Shown: positions 40,081-49,438, numbered from the stretch's first letter. The stretch: 64,000 bases of DNA from an uncultured Nitrospina sp. (GCA_964344595.1 CAYFNV010000003.1:7014-71013), one strand, 5' to 3'. Program-made: numbers and translations. The notes: a model not told the origin generated them from the sequence alone.

Positions 40081-40121
40081 AAAAAAATTAAAACCAGACG
40101 GGCGTTTTTGCCCGCCTGGTT
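40081..40121 (-). terminator. Rho-independent terminator after the peroxiredoxin gene
   Basis: Minus strand reads AACCAGGCGGGC-AAAAA-CGCCCGTCTGGTT followed by a T-rich run. Confidence 0.7.
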
Positions 40122-40142
40122 AGGGGAACTAATACCGACCGT

Positions 40143-40778
40143 TTAGATATCCGGTTGCGGTGTGGTGCGTAAATAAGGTTTGATGACTTTGTGACCTTTG
40201 GGAAACTTTGCCGGAATATCTTCTGTTTTGATTGCGGGAACAACCACGCAGTCATCACCATGTTTCCAATCGACAGGTGTTGCGACCTGATAATTTGCGG
40301 TCAGTTGAAGTGAATCGATCACACGCAGGATTTCATCAAAGTTTCTTCCTGTTGATGCTGGGTAGGTGATCGTGAGTTTAACTTTTTTGTCCGGTCCTAT
40401 TATAAACACCGAACGGACTGTCAAGTTATCCAGTGCATTCGGGTGGATCATGTCATAAAGTTCGGAAACTTTTTTTTCAGGATCGGCAATAATAGGGTAA
40501 TTGACGGTACAAGCTTGTGTTTCATTAATATCATTGATCCAGCCTTTGTGTGAATCGACAGGGTCTACACTTAATGCAAGAACCTTTACGTTCCGTTTTT
40601 CAAATTCGCTTTTCAGATTTGCCACACGGCCCAATTCGGTGGTGCAAACAGGGGTGTAGTCTTTCGGGTGAGAAAATAAAACCCCCCAGCCGTCACCCAG
40701 GTAACTATGAAAATCAATGGTGCCTTCTGTGGTTTCGGCAGTAAAGTTTGGTGCTGTATCTCCTAATCTTATAGCCAT
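40143..40778 (-). CDS. 1-Cys peroxiredoxin (Prx6 subfamily)
   Basis: FSHPKDYTPVCTTE peroxidatic Cys motif. The size and C-terminal extension are typical of Prx6. Confidence 0.9.
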   Translation of the reverse strand: MAIRLGDTAPNFTAETTEGTIDFHSYLGDGWGVLFSHPKDYTPVCTTELGRVANLKSEFEKRNVKVLALSVDPVDSHKGWINDINETQACTVNYPIIADPEKKVSELYDMIHPNALDNLTVRSVFIIGPDKKVKLTITYPASTGRNFDEILRVIDSLQLTANYQVATPVDWKHGDDCVVVPAIKTEDIPAKFPKGHKVIKPYLRTTPQPDI

Positions 40779-41109
40779 GATCTACTTCCTTTTCAAAAAG
40801 ATTATAATTGATAAAAGTGCTTTACTTTAATGTCCAGACAAACCCTAAAAAAAGGGCTTTGAAAATGTTCATTTATAGGGCGATGGAATAAAGAGCAATT
40901 ATACCATAGCTGAAATCCACGGAAAACGACAGCGAACCAACTGTAACTTATCAGTTATAATATTTGCTTACAGTTATAAGCATAAGATATTTTTATTAGA
41001 TGATCCTCACTGGTTGAAGGTGCAAAAACATTTATAACACTGATTTTTAAGAGGTTCTGCCATCAATCTGGAAGAGACAAAAATACTCTTAAGGCAGGTC
41101 TGGGCATTT

Positions 41110-41388
41110 ATGCTGATGGGACTCTATGGTATTGGGATTTTTCAAGCACGTATGTTGAGTTTCCAGTCAGATGCTGTCACCGCGCAAGAATCGATTCTCC
41201 CGGATGTGTCCAAAGTAATATTTTTTGGTCTGCTCTTCGTGTCGTTCCTGATAGATATCGTGGAAATGCGTGAAGATAAAGACAAAGCCTACCAGTTTTT
41301 GTTTTTATCTTTGATCGCAGGGGGGCTCTCTGCTCCGGTCAGTGCTTTGCAATTTCAGGTAATCACATGGCTTTCCAGAGGTGGATAG
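41110..41388 (+). CDS. Possible small membrane protein
   Basis: 92-aa ORF with 2-3 hydrophobic segments and no further support. Confidence 0.3.
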   Translation: MLMGLYGIGIFQARMLSFQSDAVTAQESILPDVSKVIFFGLLFVSFLIDIVEMREDKDKAYQFLFLSLIAGGLSAPVSALQFQVITWLSRGG

Positions 41389-41506
41389 TGGTGGAAGTTT
41401 GTGCAAAGGAATTAGATGAAGAACCCTTTAGATGAATCACGAACCTCGGCTTGCCAGTCTGACTCCGATTAAGTAAAATAAATATATAGTTTCATTCAAG
41501 TAGTGA

Positions 41507-41583
<77 letters not shown>

Positions 41584-41592
41584 TTTACTTTC

Positions 41593-41624
41593 AAAGGGTT
41601 ACAGCGATTTTGTTGTAACCCTTT
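41593..41624 (+). terminator. Hairpin directly after tRNA-Lys
   Basis: AAAGGGTTACA-N10-TGTAACCCTTT with a weak T-tract. Confidence 0.5.
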
Positions 41625-41949
41625 GTTCATGCATCCTGCCAAATGTCTGCCATATTTTTTGAAATAATCAGGGTTATTCCATTTATCATAAAATATTTCT
41701 AAATGTTTTTTACCAATTATAATCTCCTCTAACTTAAATAAATAAAAGGTTTTAGCAAATTCATAACCAAATAAAATTCTTTCAATTTCGCTTCTGATAA
41801 AAGAAGATTTAAAGCTTTGCTGATATAAAATCAGCAGGTTATAGGTTCGAATTTTTGTATTGTTTTTGAAAACCATGAATCTTAAAATTTATCAATTGCC
41901 ATAAAGGAGTTTAATTTTTCAATGTAATCTTTTTCACTTTCAATACTTA

Positions 41950-43449
41950 ATGCAAATAACTCCGTCAAAAATCTCTCTAGTATGTTGTATTTCCACAATT
42001 GCTCTTGGAAATATGGTGCTCATTGGATGGATAATAAACTCCCCGGTCTTAATTCAAATCTTTACTGATTACGTTCCCATGCAATTCAACACGGCCATAG
42101 GATTTATTTTGGCCGGAGCCGGTTTGTATTTTGTCAATTTCTCAAAGGTCTATAAGGCTAATGTTGCAGGATTAGCAATTTTGTTCATTAGTTGTTTAAC
42201 ATTATTTGAATATACTTTTGATGTGGACCTTGGTATCGATCAGCTTTTTTTCCAACACTACATTACTGTAGAAACCTCTCACCCTGGGAGAATGGCTCCC
42301 AATACAGCAATTTGTTTTATTCTTGTGAGTCTGACCCTGTTTCTAACAACTAGAGGGAAATATTTTAATAGAACAGTTTTATTTTCTGGAATATCCGGAG
42401 GTATCATTTCTGCCTTATCCATTGTGGCGGTGATAGGATATCTCGTTGATTTGGAGTCTGCCTATGGATGGGGACAGTTTACTCGGATGGCCTTCCATAC
42501 CGCGATGGGTTTTGTCATTCTTGGGGTCGGGATCATCGCCTTTTCGTGGAAAAATGAACCTGTAAAAATTATTGGCTCTCCTAATTGGCTTCCGGCTTTG
42601 GTGTGTGTTGGAGATATTATTTTAACTGTATTTTTATCTCAGGCTTTTGAATCAACTGATCAGCATTCGCTTTCGACCATCGTTTTAAATTCGGGGATTT
42701 TATCAGCGATATTTTGGCCCCTATTAATTTATTTCTATCAAAGATATAGAGACCTATTCCAAAAAATAGAGAACTACGATAATTACCTTGCAGCAGAAAT
42801 TTCCAAACGTGAACAAGCTCTGGAGAGAGAAGCCCAATCCATAAAAAACCAAGAAAAAGCCAGTTTAGCGCGCGACATTCATGATGAATTAGGGCAATTT
42901 CTGACTATTATTAAATTGGGTTTAATACGGTTTAATGACGGAATGTCTAAGGAAAATGATTCCAACAATTCTCAAATTAAGTCATTGATAAAAGTTGTAG
43001 ATAAAACTATAAAATCTGTTCAAAGAATTGCAACCAATCTTCGTCCTCAATCACTAGATACCTTGGAGCTATATGATGTTCTTTTATTACATAGCAAAGA
43101 ATTTCAAAAACAAACGGGAGTAAAATGTGAAATTTTTTGTTCCTCAGAACGAATACAGATAAATAAAATCTTGGCAAGTGACATATTTCGTGTCTACCAA
43201 GAGGCTTTAACCAATGTTGCACGGCATGCAAAAGCAAGTATCATTAAGGTCACTTTTACCCATGACAAAAACTTTCTGATTTTAAAAGTCCGGGATAATG
43301 GGAAAGGAATTAAATCCCACAACATTCGAAGTTCAAAATCTATTGGTTTGGAAGGGATTTATGAAAGGGTAAACAAATGGGGAGGTGAATTAAACATCAT
43401 AGGGGCCCCTGGAGAAGGGACATCAGTAGAAGTAAAGATTCCTTTTTAA
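41950..43449 (+). CDS. Sensor histidine kinase, HisKA_3 (NarX/DegS-type) with polytopic N-terminal sensor region
   Basis: About 7 TM helices. H-box ARDIHDELGQ, N-box ALTNVARHAKA, G1 DNGKGI, G2 GLEGIYERV..GG. Confidence 0.85.
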   Translation: MQITPSKISLVCCISTIALGNMVLIGWIINSPVLIQIFTDYVPMQFNTAIGFILAGAGLYFVNFSKVYKANVAGLAILFISCLTLFEYTFDVDLGIDQLFFQHYITVETSHPGRMAPNTAICFILVSLTLFLTTRGKYFNRTVLFSGISGGIISALSIVAVIGYLVDLESAYGWGQFTRMAFHTAMGFVILGVGIIAFSWKNEPVKIIGSPNWLPALVCVGDIILTVFLSQAFESTDQHSLSTIVLNSGILSAIFWPLLIYFYQRYRDLFQKIENYDNYLAAEISKREQALEREAQSIKNQEKASLARDIHDELGQFLTIIKLGLIRFNDGMSKENDSNNSQIKSLIKVVDKTIKSVQRIATNLRPQSLDTLELYDVLLLHSKEFQKQTGVKCEIFCSSERIQINKILASDIFRVYQEALTNVARHAKASIIKVTFTHDKNFLILKVRDNGKGIKSHNIRSSKSIGLEGIYERVNKWGGELNIIGAPGEGTSVEVKIPF

Positions 43450-43466
43450 TTAAGTTGCTCACAGCA

Positions 43467-44132
43467 ATGAATAAAAAAATAAATGTTTTAATCGCCGATG
43501 ATCATGCTGTTGTTCGTGAGGGAATGAGGTATATTCTTTCTAAAACTCAGAATATTGTATTAGTTGGTGAAGCCGGGAATGGAAATGAAGTTTTAGATCT
43601 TATCCGATCCATAGATAGTTTAGATGTGCTTTTATTGGATTTGGATATGCCCGAAAAAGATGGGTTGGATGTCTTGTTAGAGGTAAAAATAGAATATCCA
43701 GAATTACCAGTAATTGTAATGAGTGTATATTCTGAAGAACATTATGGGCTCCGCTTAATTAAGGCAGGTGCATCGGGTTTTTTGGCCAAAGATAGTGCTC
43801 CGGACCAACTTGTAGAAGCTATAAAAAAAGTTTCTGCTGGGGGAAAGTTTATCAGTTCTAATCTTGCGGAAAAAATTGTTCAGCACTGGGAACGTGACTT
43901 AGAAATACCTCTTCATCAAAATTTATCTAATCGGGAGTTTCAAATTTTTTGTATGATCGCCTCTGGGGAATCCCCAAAAAATATTTCAGAAAAACTATCC
44001 ATAAGCATGGCCACTGTCAGCACTCATCGGAACCATATCCTCAAAAAATTAGATTTAAAAAATAACGCTGAACTTACCCTCTATGCCTCTAAAGAAGGTT
44101 TGATATCCAAATCAATAAACCCCTCCCACTGA
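43467..44132 (+). CDS. NarL/FixJ-family response regulator (REC + LuxR HTH)
   Basis: VLIADDHAVVREG, LLLDLDMPEKDG, and LSNREFQIFCMIASGESPKNISEKLSISMATVSTHR. Confidence 0.9.
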   Translation: MNKKINVLIADDHAVVREGMRYILSKTQNIVLVGEAGNGNEVLDLIRSIDSLDVLLLDLDMPEKDGLDVLLEVKIEYPELPVIVMSVYSEEHYGLRLIKAGASGFLAKDSAPDQLVEAIKKVSAGGKFISSNLAEKIVQHWERDLEIPLHQNLSNREFQIFCMIASGESPKNISEKLSISMATVSTHRNHILKKLDLKNNAELTLYASKEGLISKSINPSH

Positions 44133-44318
44133 TTGTATTTCGTTATCCTTTTCATTAACTTGAAAAGACACGCCTTTTTTATCGAAATAATTTGATGAAA
44201 AAATCCTAATATTTTGACCCTTAATTTACGAGTTTGTCTAATTTCTTTAATTGTGCTTTGGGAATATATTAATGACTCCTTTGAAATCCTTTTACAAAAA
44301 TTTATAAGGAGGTTAGGA

Positions 44319-44825
44319 ATGTACATTTTGAAAGCGTCAAAAGTGGCTATTCTGATATCCGTTTTCTCTCTTTTGGGTTTTGGTTTTGGAATTCCATTTG
44401 AAGTGGAGGCAAACCCGTTCCAAGAAGAAGGCGAAAAGGATCTTAGTCACGTATTAAAACTTAAGGGAAATGCCCGTAAGGAAATTAATGCTATCGCTAA
44501 TATTATTGGGCCAAATTCAAAAATGAAACCCATAGATGCTACCAAAGCCAGTGGAGAATGGTGCATGTTAGAAACGGTTACCAAGCACAATATGATTCAT
44601 TTTTCCCAACATCCGGAAAAAACGCATGAGGACGTTGTGTATTATTTAAATCCAGCCGAGTTCAAAGCAAATGGTTTGGATGTAACTAAACTACCGGCAC
44701 ATCCAAGAGAATTGGGGAAAATGACTCCTTTGAAATGGTATTACTATGATGGTACTTATGTAGAACCCCATCAAGGATCCCAATTGAATAAGGAATTTGT
44801 GATAATGACGGTGGATGTTAAATAG
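44319..44825 (+). CDS. Secreted hypothetical protein (168 aa)
   Basis: AAGGAGG SD before ATG 44319. Signal peptide MYILKASKVAILISVFSLLGFGFG. Confidence 0.6.
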   Translation: MYILKASKVAILISVFSLLGFGFGIPFEVEANPFQEEGEKDLSHVLKLKGNARKEINAIANIIGPNSKMKPIDATKASGEWCMLETVTKHNMIHFSQHPEKTHEDVVYYLNPAEFKANGLDVTKLPAHPRELGKMTPLKWYYYDGTYVEPHQGSQLNKEFVIMTVDVK

Positions 44826-45183
44826 CGTAAGGGTGGAGTTTTGAGGTATGGAGGACTAAGAAGAGCTCACAATAAAGGAATGAGGGTTTTCCTTAGTGTC
44901 TTCGAGCTGTTTTTAGAATCAACAACGCAAATTTGGGTGGCGCTCGAGCCCAAAGAAAAACGGACTCGAGCGCCAGGGTTATTTTCAATTGAAATTAGCT
45001 TTTTGATTAAAGAATCAATAGATTTTCTAGAACCAACTCTGCCAAAATCCTGCCAATAATTTTTCCTTTTTAGAGAAAAATTAGAATTATTAGAATGATC
45101 GGAACTCTAAGAACCCATTATTTTTGAAGCGTTTCCGAAAACCAGCCCAAATTTAAACCCTTATAAATATTAATGTTTGACCA

Positions 45184-45229
45184 CTCTTAAATCAGTAGGT
45201 TGAAGGTTCGATTCCTTAACGGCTCACCA
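45184..45229 (+). repeat. Degenerate copy of the 3' 45 nt of tRNA-Lys (att-like)
   Basis: CTCTTAAATCAGTAGGTTGAAGGTTCGATTCCTTAACGGCTCACCA differs from tRNA 41539-41583 by one inserted A and one C>A change. Confidence 0.85.
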
Positions 45230-45241
45230 CCTTATATATCA

Positions 45242-45278
45242 AAGGCTTATGGGGATTTTCCCATAAGCCTTCTTTTTT
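45242..45278 (+). terminator. Hairpin plus T-run after the tRNA fragment
   Basis: AAGGCTTATGGG-GATTTT-CCCATAAGCCTT followed by CTTTTTT. Confidence 0.6.
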
Positions 45279-45679
45279 GTTCAGAATCAAAAGCCCTTAA
45301 ATTTTAATTAGTTATTTGAGATCATGACCTACTGATTCCTTATTAAAAGGTTGTTTGTAACCTTTTGATTTTATGGATGCTTTAAAAGTTGAATTTTAAC
45401 TATGACAGGATTATGACATAAAAAATCCTAGGCCTTGGCTTTAAGTCTGTATACGATTATGAACTCAGCTGATCGATGCAACACAAGTACTAAATCAGTC
45501 AGCGGGTGTTCCATAATTCAAATCGCTAAACTATAGGATCTCTAACCAATAAGGGTATAAATTTTATCATTAATCATATTCATCTATAAACGTTCACTCC
45601 CAATTTTTTCTTAAACTTTCTTGAATTTTTTCCTTAAATCTCGACTACAATTTTACCTATATAAACTCTGTATTCGGAC

Positions 45680-46051
45680 TTGAGAATGAATAGCCTAAAA
45701 GTTACCGAGTTTAATTTTCCGACTGGAAAATCAATCGCGGGAAAGTATTCCGTAATTTCAAAATTGGGTGCTGGTTGGGAAGGAGAAGTATATAAAGTTT
45801 ATGAAAATAAAACCGGAATAGAAAGAGCGGCTAAGTTTTTTTATCCACAAAGAAACTTAAGGGATAGAACTTCAAAGTTTTATGCTCAAAAATTGCATAA
45901 GTTAAGGCAGTGTTCTTTACTGATTCAATATCATACTCGTGAAGAGGTCAAATTCAATAAAACAGCGATAACAGTACTCATTTCTGAATACGTTGAAGGA
46001 GAACTACTTTCAAATTTTTTAAAACTCCAATTTGATCATCAATTTGTTTAA
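45680..46051 (+). pseudogene. N-lobe-only fragment of a Ser/Thr protein kinase
   Basis: Gly-rich loop LGAGWEGEVY, the beta3 Lys in AAKFF, and hinge SEYVEG are present. The ORF then ends, with no catalytic HRD/DFG region. Confidence 0.5.
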
Positions 46052-46227
46052 ATAGGATTTTTCTATTTATCTAGCTAATTAATGTTCGATCAGTAGGTTT
46101 TCAGGGGGATTAATACGGTTACTAACTGTTATATGATTAGTTGGTAGGAATTGTAAAAAACGGGTGGGAAGATTTTGTGCTTTTTACCAACTGGTTTCGA
46201 ATGCCAGTTCGGTACTTTTTTGACTTC

Positions 46228-46536
46228 TTATGCGTTAACCTTATCCATCGACTTGATTTTGAGTGGTGGCACGGGTCGATGACCCCTGAGGCTGTGCCAT
46301 AAATCCCAGTCGCGTTGCAGGTTCAGCCAGAATTCTGGTCCAGTCCTTAAAGCTTCGCCCAAAGCCAAGGCCGAGTCAGGGGTAATTCCCCTTTTTTCAT
46401 TGATGATTTCGTTTAAGCGCGCGTAAGGCCAGTGCAGGTGTCGCGCCAGCTCCGTTTGGGTTATCCCGCCGGGTTCCAGAAATTCCTTCAACAGCATTTC
46501 CCCCGGATGCGTCGGGGGACGGTTTTTGGGTAACAT
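46228..46536 (-). CDS. higA: HigA-type antitoxin (Xre HTH)
   Basis: ATG 46536 is preceded by AGGAGGA. HPGEMLLKEFLEPGGITQTELARHLHWPYARLNEIINEKRGITPDSALAL is the HigA/VapI pattern. Confidence 0.85.
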   Translation of the reverse strand: MLPKNRPPTHPGEMLLKEFLEPGGITQTELARHLHWPYARLNEIINEKRGITPDSALALGEALRTGPEFWLNLQRDWDLWHSLRGHRPVPPLKIKSMDKVNA

Positions 46537-46547
46537 GTTTTTTCCTC

Positions 46548-46838
46548 CTAATGGTAATCGGTCACATCCACGTCGTGGGCATCGTTTTCTTTCCAGCGGA
46601 AGATTATCCGCCACTGGTCGTTGATCCTCAGGCTCCAGAATCCTTTCAAATTTCCTCCCAGTTTTTGAAGCTGGTTGCCTGGGGGTATCCTCAGGACATC
46701 CGGTGAGGGCGAGGCGTTGATCTGGTCCAGCAACCGCCTGGTTTTGCCATGCAATTCCTTGGGGAGCCTGCGGGCATGTTTGCTGTTGGTGCCGTCATAT
46801 ATATCCTGGGCGGTTTTGCTTTTAAAGCCTGTTATCAT
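46548..46838 (-). CDS. higB: HigB-type toxin (RelE/ParE superfamily, plasmid-maintenance killer)
   Basis: GNQLQKLGGNLKGFWSLRINDQWRIIFRW...DVDVTDYH. The toxin-first order is typical of higBA. Confidence 0.85.
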   Translation of the reverse strand: MITGFKSKTAQDIYDGTNSKHARRLPKELHGKTRRLLDQINASPSPDVLRIPPGNQLQKLGGNLKGFWSLRINDQWRIIFRWKENDAHDVDVTDYH

Positions 46839-47043
46839 ATATAATAGTATATCAGATATCGATATAATTACAAGACCGGTTCAAATTTGAGGTGTCTATG
46901 ACAGATTTATGACAGAACATAACCCCACAGGCAGAATCTATGGCATTAATGAAATCAGTGGAAAGGTTTGGAAGTGTCTGAAAGCTAAGCGAAAAGAGGA
47001 GCCGACCAGAACTCAACAACTGCCATAAATTATTAATTTTTTG

Positions 47044-47088
47044 CTCTTAATCAGTAGGTTGAAGGTTCGATTCCTTCACGGCTCACCA
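47044..47088 (+). repeat. Exact copy of the 3' 45 nt of tRNA-Lys (att-like)
   Basis: Identical to 41539-41583 (CTCTTAATCAGTAGGTTGAAGGTTCGATTCCTTCACGGCTCACCA). Confidence 0.9.
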
Positions 47089-47095
47089 TTATTTT

Positions 47096-47136
47096 TCAAG
47101 GGGTTGCGAGAACTCGTAATCCCTTGAATTTTTTTT
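47096..47136 (+). terminator. Hairpin plus T8 after the tRNA fragment
   Basis: CAAGGGGTTGCGAG-AA-CTCGTAATCCCTTG followed by AATTTTTTTT. Confidence 0.6.
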
Positions 47137-47346
47137 GTGCGGATTTTGTGCGAGACCATACGACAAAACCTGATAGAATGGGACATATTAGCAACGAACG
47201 GCCTCTTTAAGTTATTGATATAATCCTATTAAAAGAAGCTTCTATCAAACCTGAAAAAGGGGGAAGATTCATCTTTGGGCAAACACACCCTCCGCTAGGG
47301 TTGAGCTAAAAAACTGAACTCAGCACCGCTTTAAATTAATAGTGGG

Positions 47347-47817
47347 TTAGACAATACTTTCCACAAACTCAATCCGGTTCCTACCGTTATTTTTGGCTTG
47401 GTACAAAGCCTTGTCTGCGAATTCAATCAGGTTTTTAGGGCTTTTATTTTCATTTGGAATTAAAGTCGTATAACCCAAGCTCACCGTCACAATCGGTTCG
47501 GGAGAATTTTTCTCATGAGGAATTTTCAGTGATTGAATTTTCCTGCGTATTTGTTCAGAGAGGTCCTTGGCTCCTTTTTTATCAGTATTAGGTAAAACAA
47601 TCACAAATTCTTCACCGCCATACCGCGCTAAAAAATCACCGGGACGTTTGACTTCTTCTTGAGTTGCCGTAGCAACCTTTTTTAGACACTGGTCTCCTGC
47701 AACATGGCCATAGGTGTCATTAAAAATTTTAAAGAAATCAATATCCAGCATAACGATTCCCAAGGGTGTTTTATCTCGCTGGTTTCTCAGCCGTGCGAAA
47801 ATCCGACAACACTGCAT
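47347..47817 (-). CDS. Stand-alone GGDEF domain protein, N-terminally truncated or frameshifted
   Basis: LDIDFFKIFNDTYGHVAGD and RYGGEEFVIVL (GGEEF) are present. The usual DxLT start of the domain is encoded in another frame just upstream. Confidence 0.7.
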   Translation of the reverse strand: MQCCRIFARLRNQRDKTPLGIVMLDIDFFKIFNDTYGHVAGDQCLKKVATATQEEVKRPGDFLARYGGEEFVIVLPNTDKKGAKDLSEQIRRKIQSLKIPHEKNSPEPIVTVSLGYTTLIPNENKSPKNLIEFADKALYQAKNNGRNRIEFVESIV

Positions 47818-47929
47818 GAGTCAATGCATCTACACTTTTCCAGCTTAATTTCTATGTTGCAAATTAGTAACTTTTGAAGCACAAGCCTGGGGAAGGAATA
47901 AAATAGGGGATTGAAGAATGCAGGTTAAT

Positions 47930-49438
47930 CTAAGGATAAAGAGGAAGTTGAGATAATTCATCAAGATGCAACCCGGTTGTTTGATCAATGAGGTGAATCA
48001 CGCTTGCATCCATCACCTCCATTAACGGGCCGGGATACAAACCAATACTCAATACGAGGATAACCAATGGGATAAGCGTAGCCAATTCCCGTTGAGATAA
48101 ATCCGGGAGTACTTTGGCGGCTTCTGTATTTGGCACTCCCAACGCAACTCTTTGGAGCATCCACAGCATATATGCGGCAGCTAAAACAATACCCCCCATT
48201 GAGATCAGTACCATCGCAAAGCTGACAGAGGAAGTTCCTACTAAGACTAAAAATTCGCCAATGAAGTTACAGGTTCCTGGCAGTCCAAAGGCAGCAACCG
48301 AAAACAAAAAGAACAATGCAACGAATCTTGGCATCGGTTTATGCAAGCCACCATAGTCAGAAATTGCTCGACTATGAGTGCGGTCATACAATTGGCCAAC
48401 GCAGATAAATAAGGCGGCAGTAGTAATTCCGTGATTAAACATTTGCAAGACTGCACCCTGAATGCCCTGGCTATTGAACACAAAAATGCCAAGGGTAACA
48501 AAACCCATATGGGAAACTGAAGAATAGGCCACGAGTTTTTTAAGGTCTGACTGAGCCAAAGCCAAATACCCGCCATAGATAATTCCTACGACCGATAACC
48601 ACAAAATAGATGGGGCAAAGTTAGCCGAAGCCTCTGGAAACATAGGCAGACAAAAACGCAAAAATCCATATCCTCCCATTTTCAGCAGAACACCAGCCAG
48701 AATCACACTGCCAGCCGTAGGGGCTTCAGAATGTGCGTCAGGGAGCCATGTATGAAAAGGAACCATTGGCATTTTTATGGCAAAAGCCATAAAGAACGCC
48801 AGGAAAAGCCAGAATTGTTGATCTGAAGAATAATTTTGCTCAGCTAACACCAACAAGTCGTAGGTATGTCCACCATTCAGGTAAATGCCCAATATACCCA
48901 CCAATAACAGTAAACTTCCTGTGAGACTGTACAAAACAAATTTAAGCCCGGCAGCAATTCGATTTGGTCCTCCCCAGAGAATAATCATGAAGTACATGGG
49001 AATCATTGTCAGTTCCCATAACATGAAAAAAAGGAACAGATCGAGTGCAGTGAAAACTACGATCATGGCACCTTCTACCAATAATATCAGTGAGAGATAA
49101 GCTCGTACTCGTGTTGTAATACCCGTCCACGAACAAAGGACACAGAGTGGGCAAAGAAAGGTCGTGAGGATTACCAGAAGAATACTAATGCCATCAACAC
49201 CAACTGCATATTGAATATTAAACGTAGGCATCCATTCCACGCGTTCAACAAACTGCATGCCTTGCTGGGTGGAGTCAAATTCCCTCCAGAGTATCAGTGA
49301 CAGAATAAACTCCGCTATTGTAGTTGCAAGGGCAATTCGCCGGATCGATTCTTCATCACGCACAAATGACATAATGACGATACCTGAAAAAGGTATGGCA
49401 ATCATCCAGCTAATCAGGTGATCCATTAACAGGTTCAT
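47930..49438 (-). CDS. NuoM/MrpD-like antiporter-type subunit (PF00361 family), 502 aa
   Basis: FNIQYAVGVDGISILLVILT... NuoM-type N-terminus with ~14 TM helices. GGAGG SD. Confidence 0.85.
   Translation of the reverse strand: MNLLMDHLISWMIAIPFSGIVIMSFVRDEESIRRIALATTIAEFILSLILWREFDSTQQGMQFVERVEWMPTFNIQYAVGVDGISILLVILTTFLCPLCVLCSWTGITTRVRAYLSLILLVEGAMIVVFTALDLFLFFMLWELTMIPMYFMIILWGGPNRIAAGLKFVLYSLTGSLLLLVGILGIYLNGGHTYDLLVLAEQNYSSDQQFWLFLAFFMAFAIKMPMVPFHTWLPDAHSEAPTAGSVILAGVLLKMGGYGFLRFCLPMFPEASANFAPSILWLSVVGIIYGGYLALAQSDLKKLVAYSSVSHMGFVTLGIFVFNSQGIQGAVLQMFNHGITTAALFICVGQLYDRTHSRAISDYGGLHKPMPRFVALFFLFSVAAFGLPGTCNFIGEFLVLVGTSSVSFAMVLISMGGIVLAAAYMLWMLQRVALGVPNTEAAKVLPDLSQRELATLIPLVILVLSIGLYPGPLMEVMDASVIHLIDQTTGLHLDELSQLPLYP

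Larger units (their letters stand above)
41584..47088 (+). mobile_element. Composite, integrase-less genomic islet(s) at tRNA-Lys, delimited by direct repeats of the tRNA 3' 45 nt
   Basis: The intact tRNA is followed by a 46-nt degenerate copy (45184-45229) and an exact 45-nt copy (47044-47088). The cargo looks accessory and AT-rich, apart from a GC-richer higBA. Confidence 0.55.

Noticed and set aside
44939-44974. A perfect 10-bp inverted repeat GGCGCTCGAG-N16-CTCGAGCGCC as a terminal inverted repeat of a small mobile element.
   Set aside because: It is a single copy with no partner repeat or target-site duplication. Its position ~115 nt after the secreted-protein gene, with a U-rich tail, fits a simple terminator hairpin.
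46089-46099. An 11-nt match (ATCAGTAGGTT) to the tRNA-Lys anticodon-stem/variable region, just after the kinase fragment. It could be a fourth, decayed att copy splitting islet B.
   Set aside because: Only 11 nt match and the following sequence (TTCAGGGGG) diverges from the T-arm. That is too short to distinguish from chance without an alignment-based test. It is worth re-checking if homologous elements are found.
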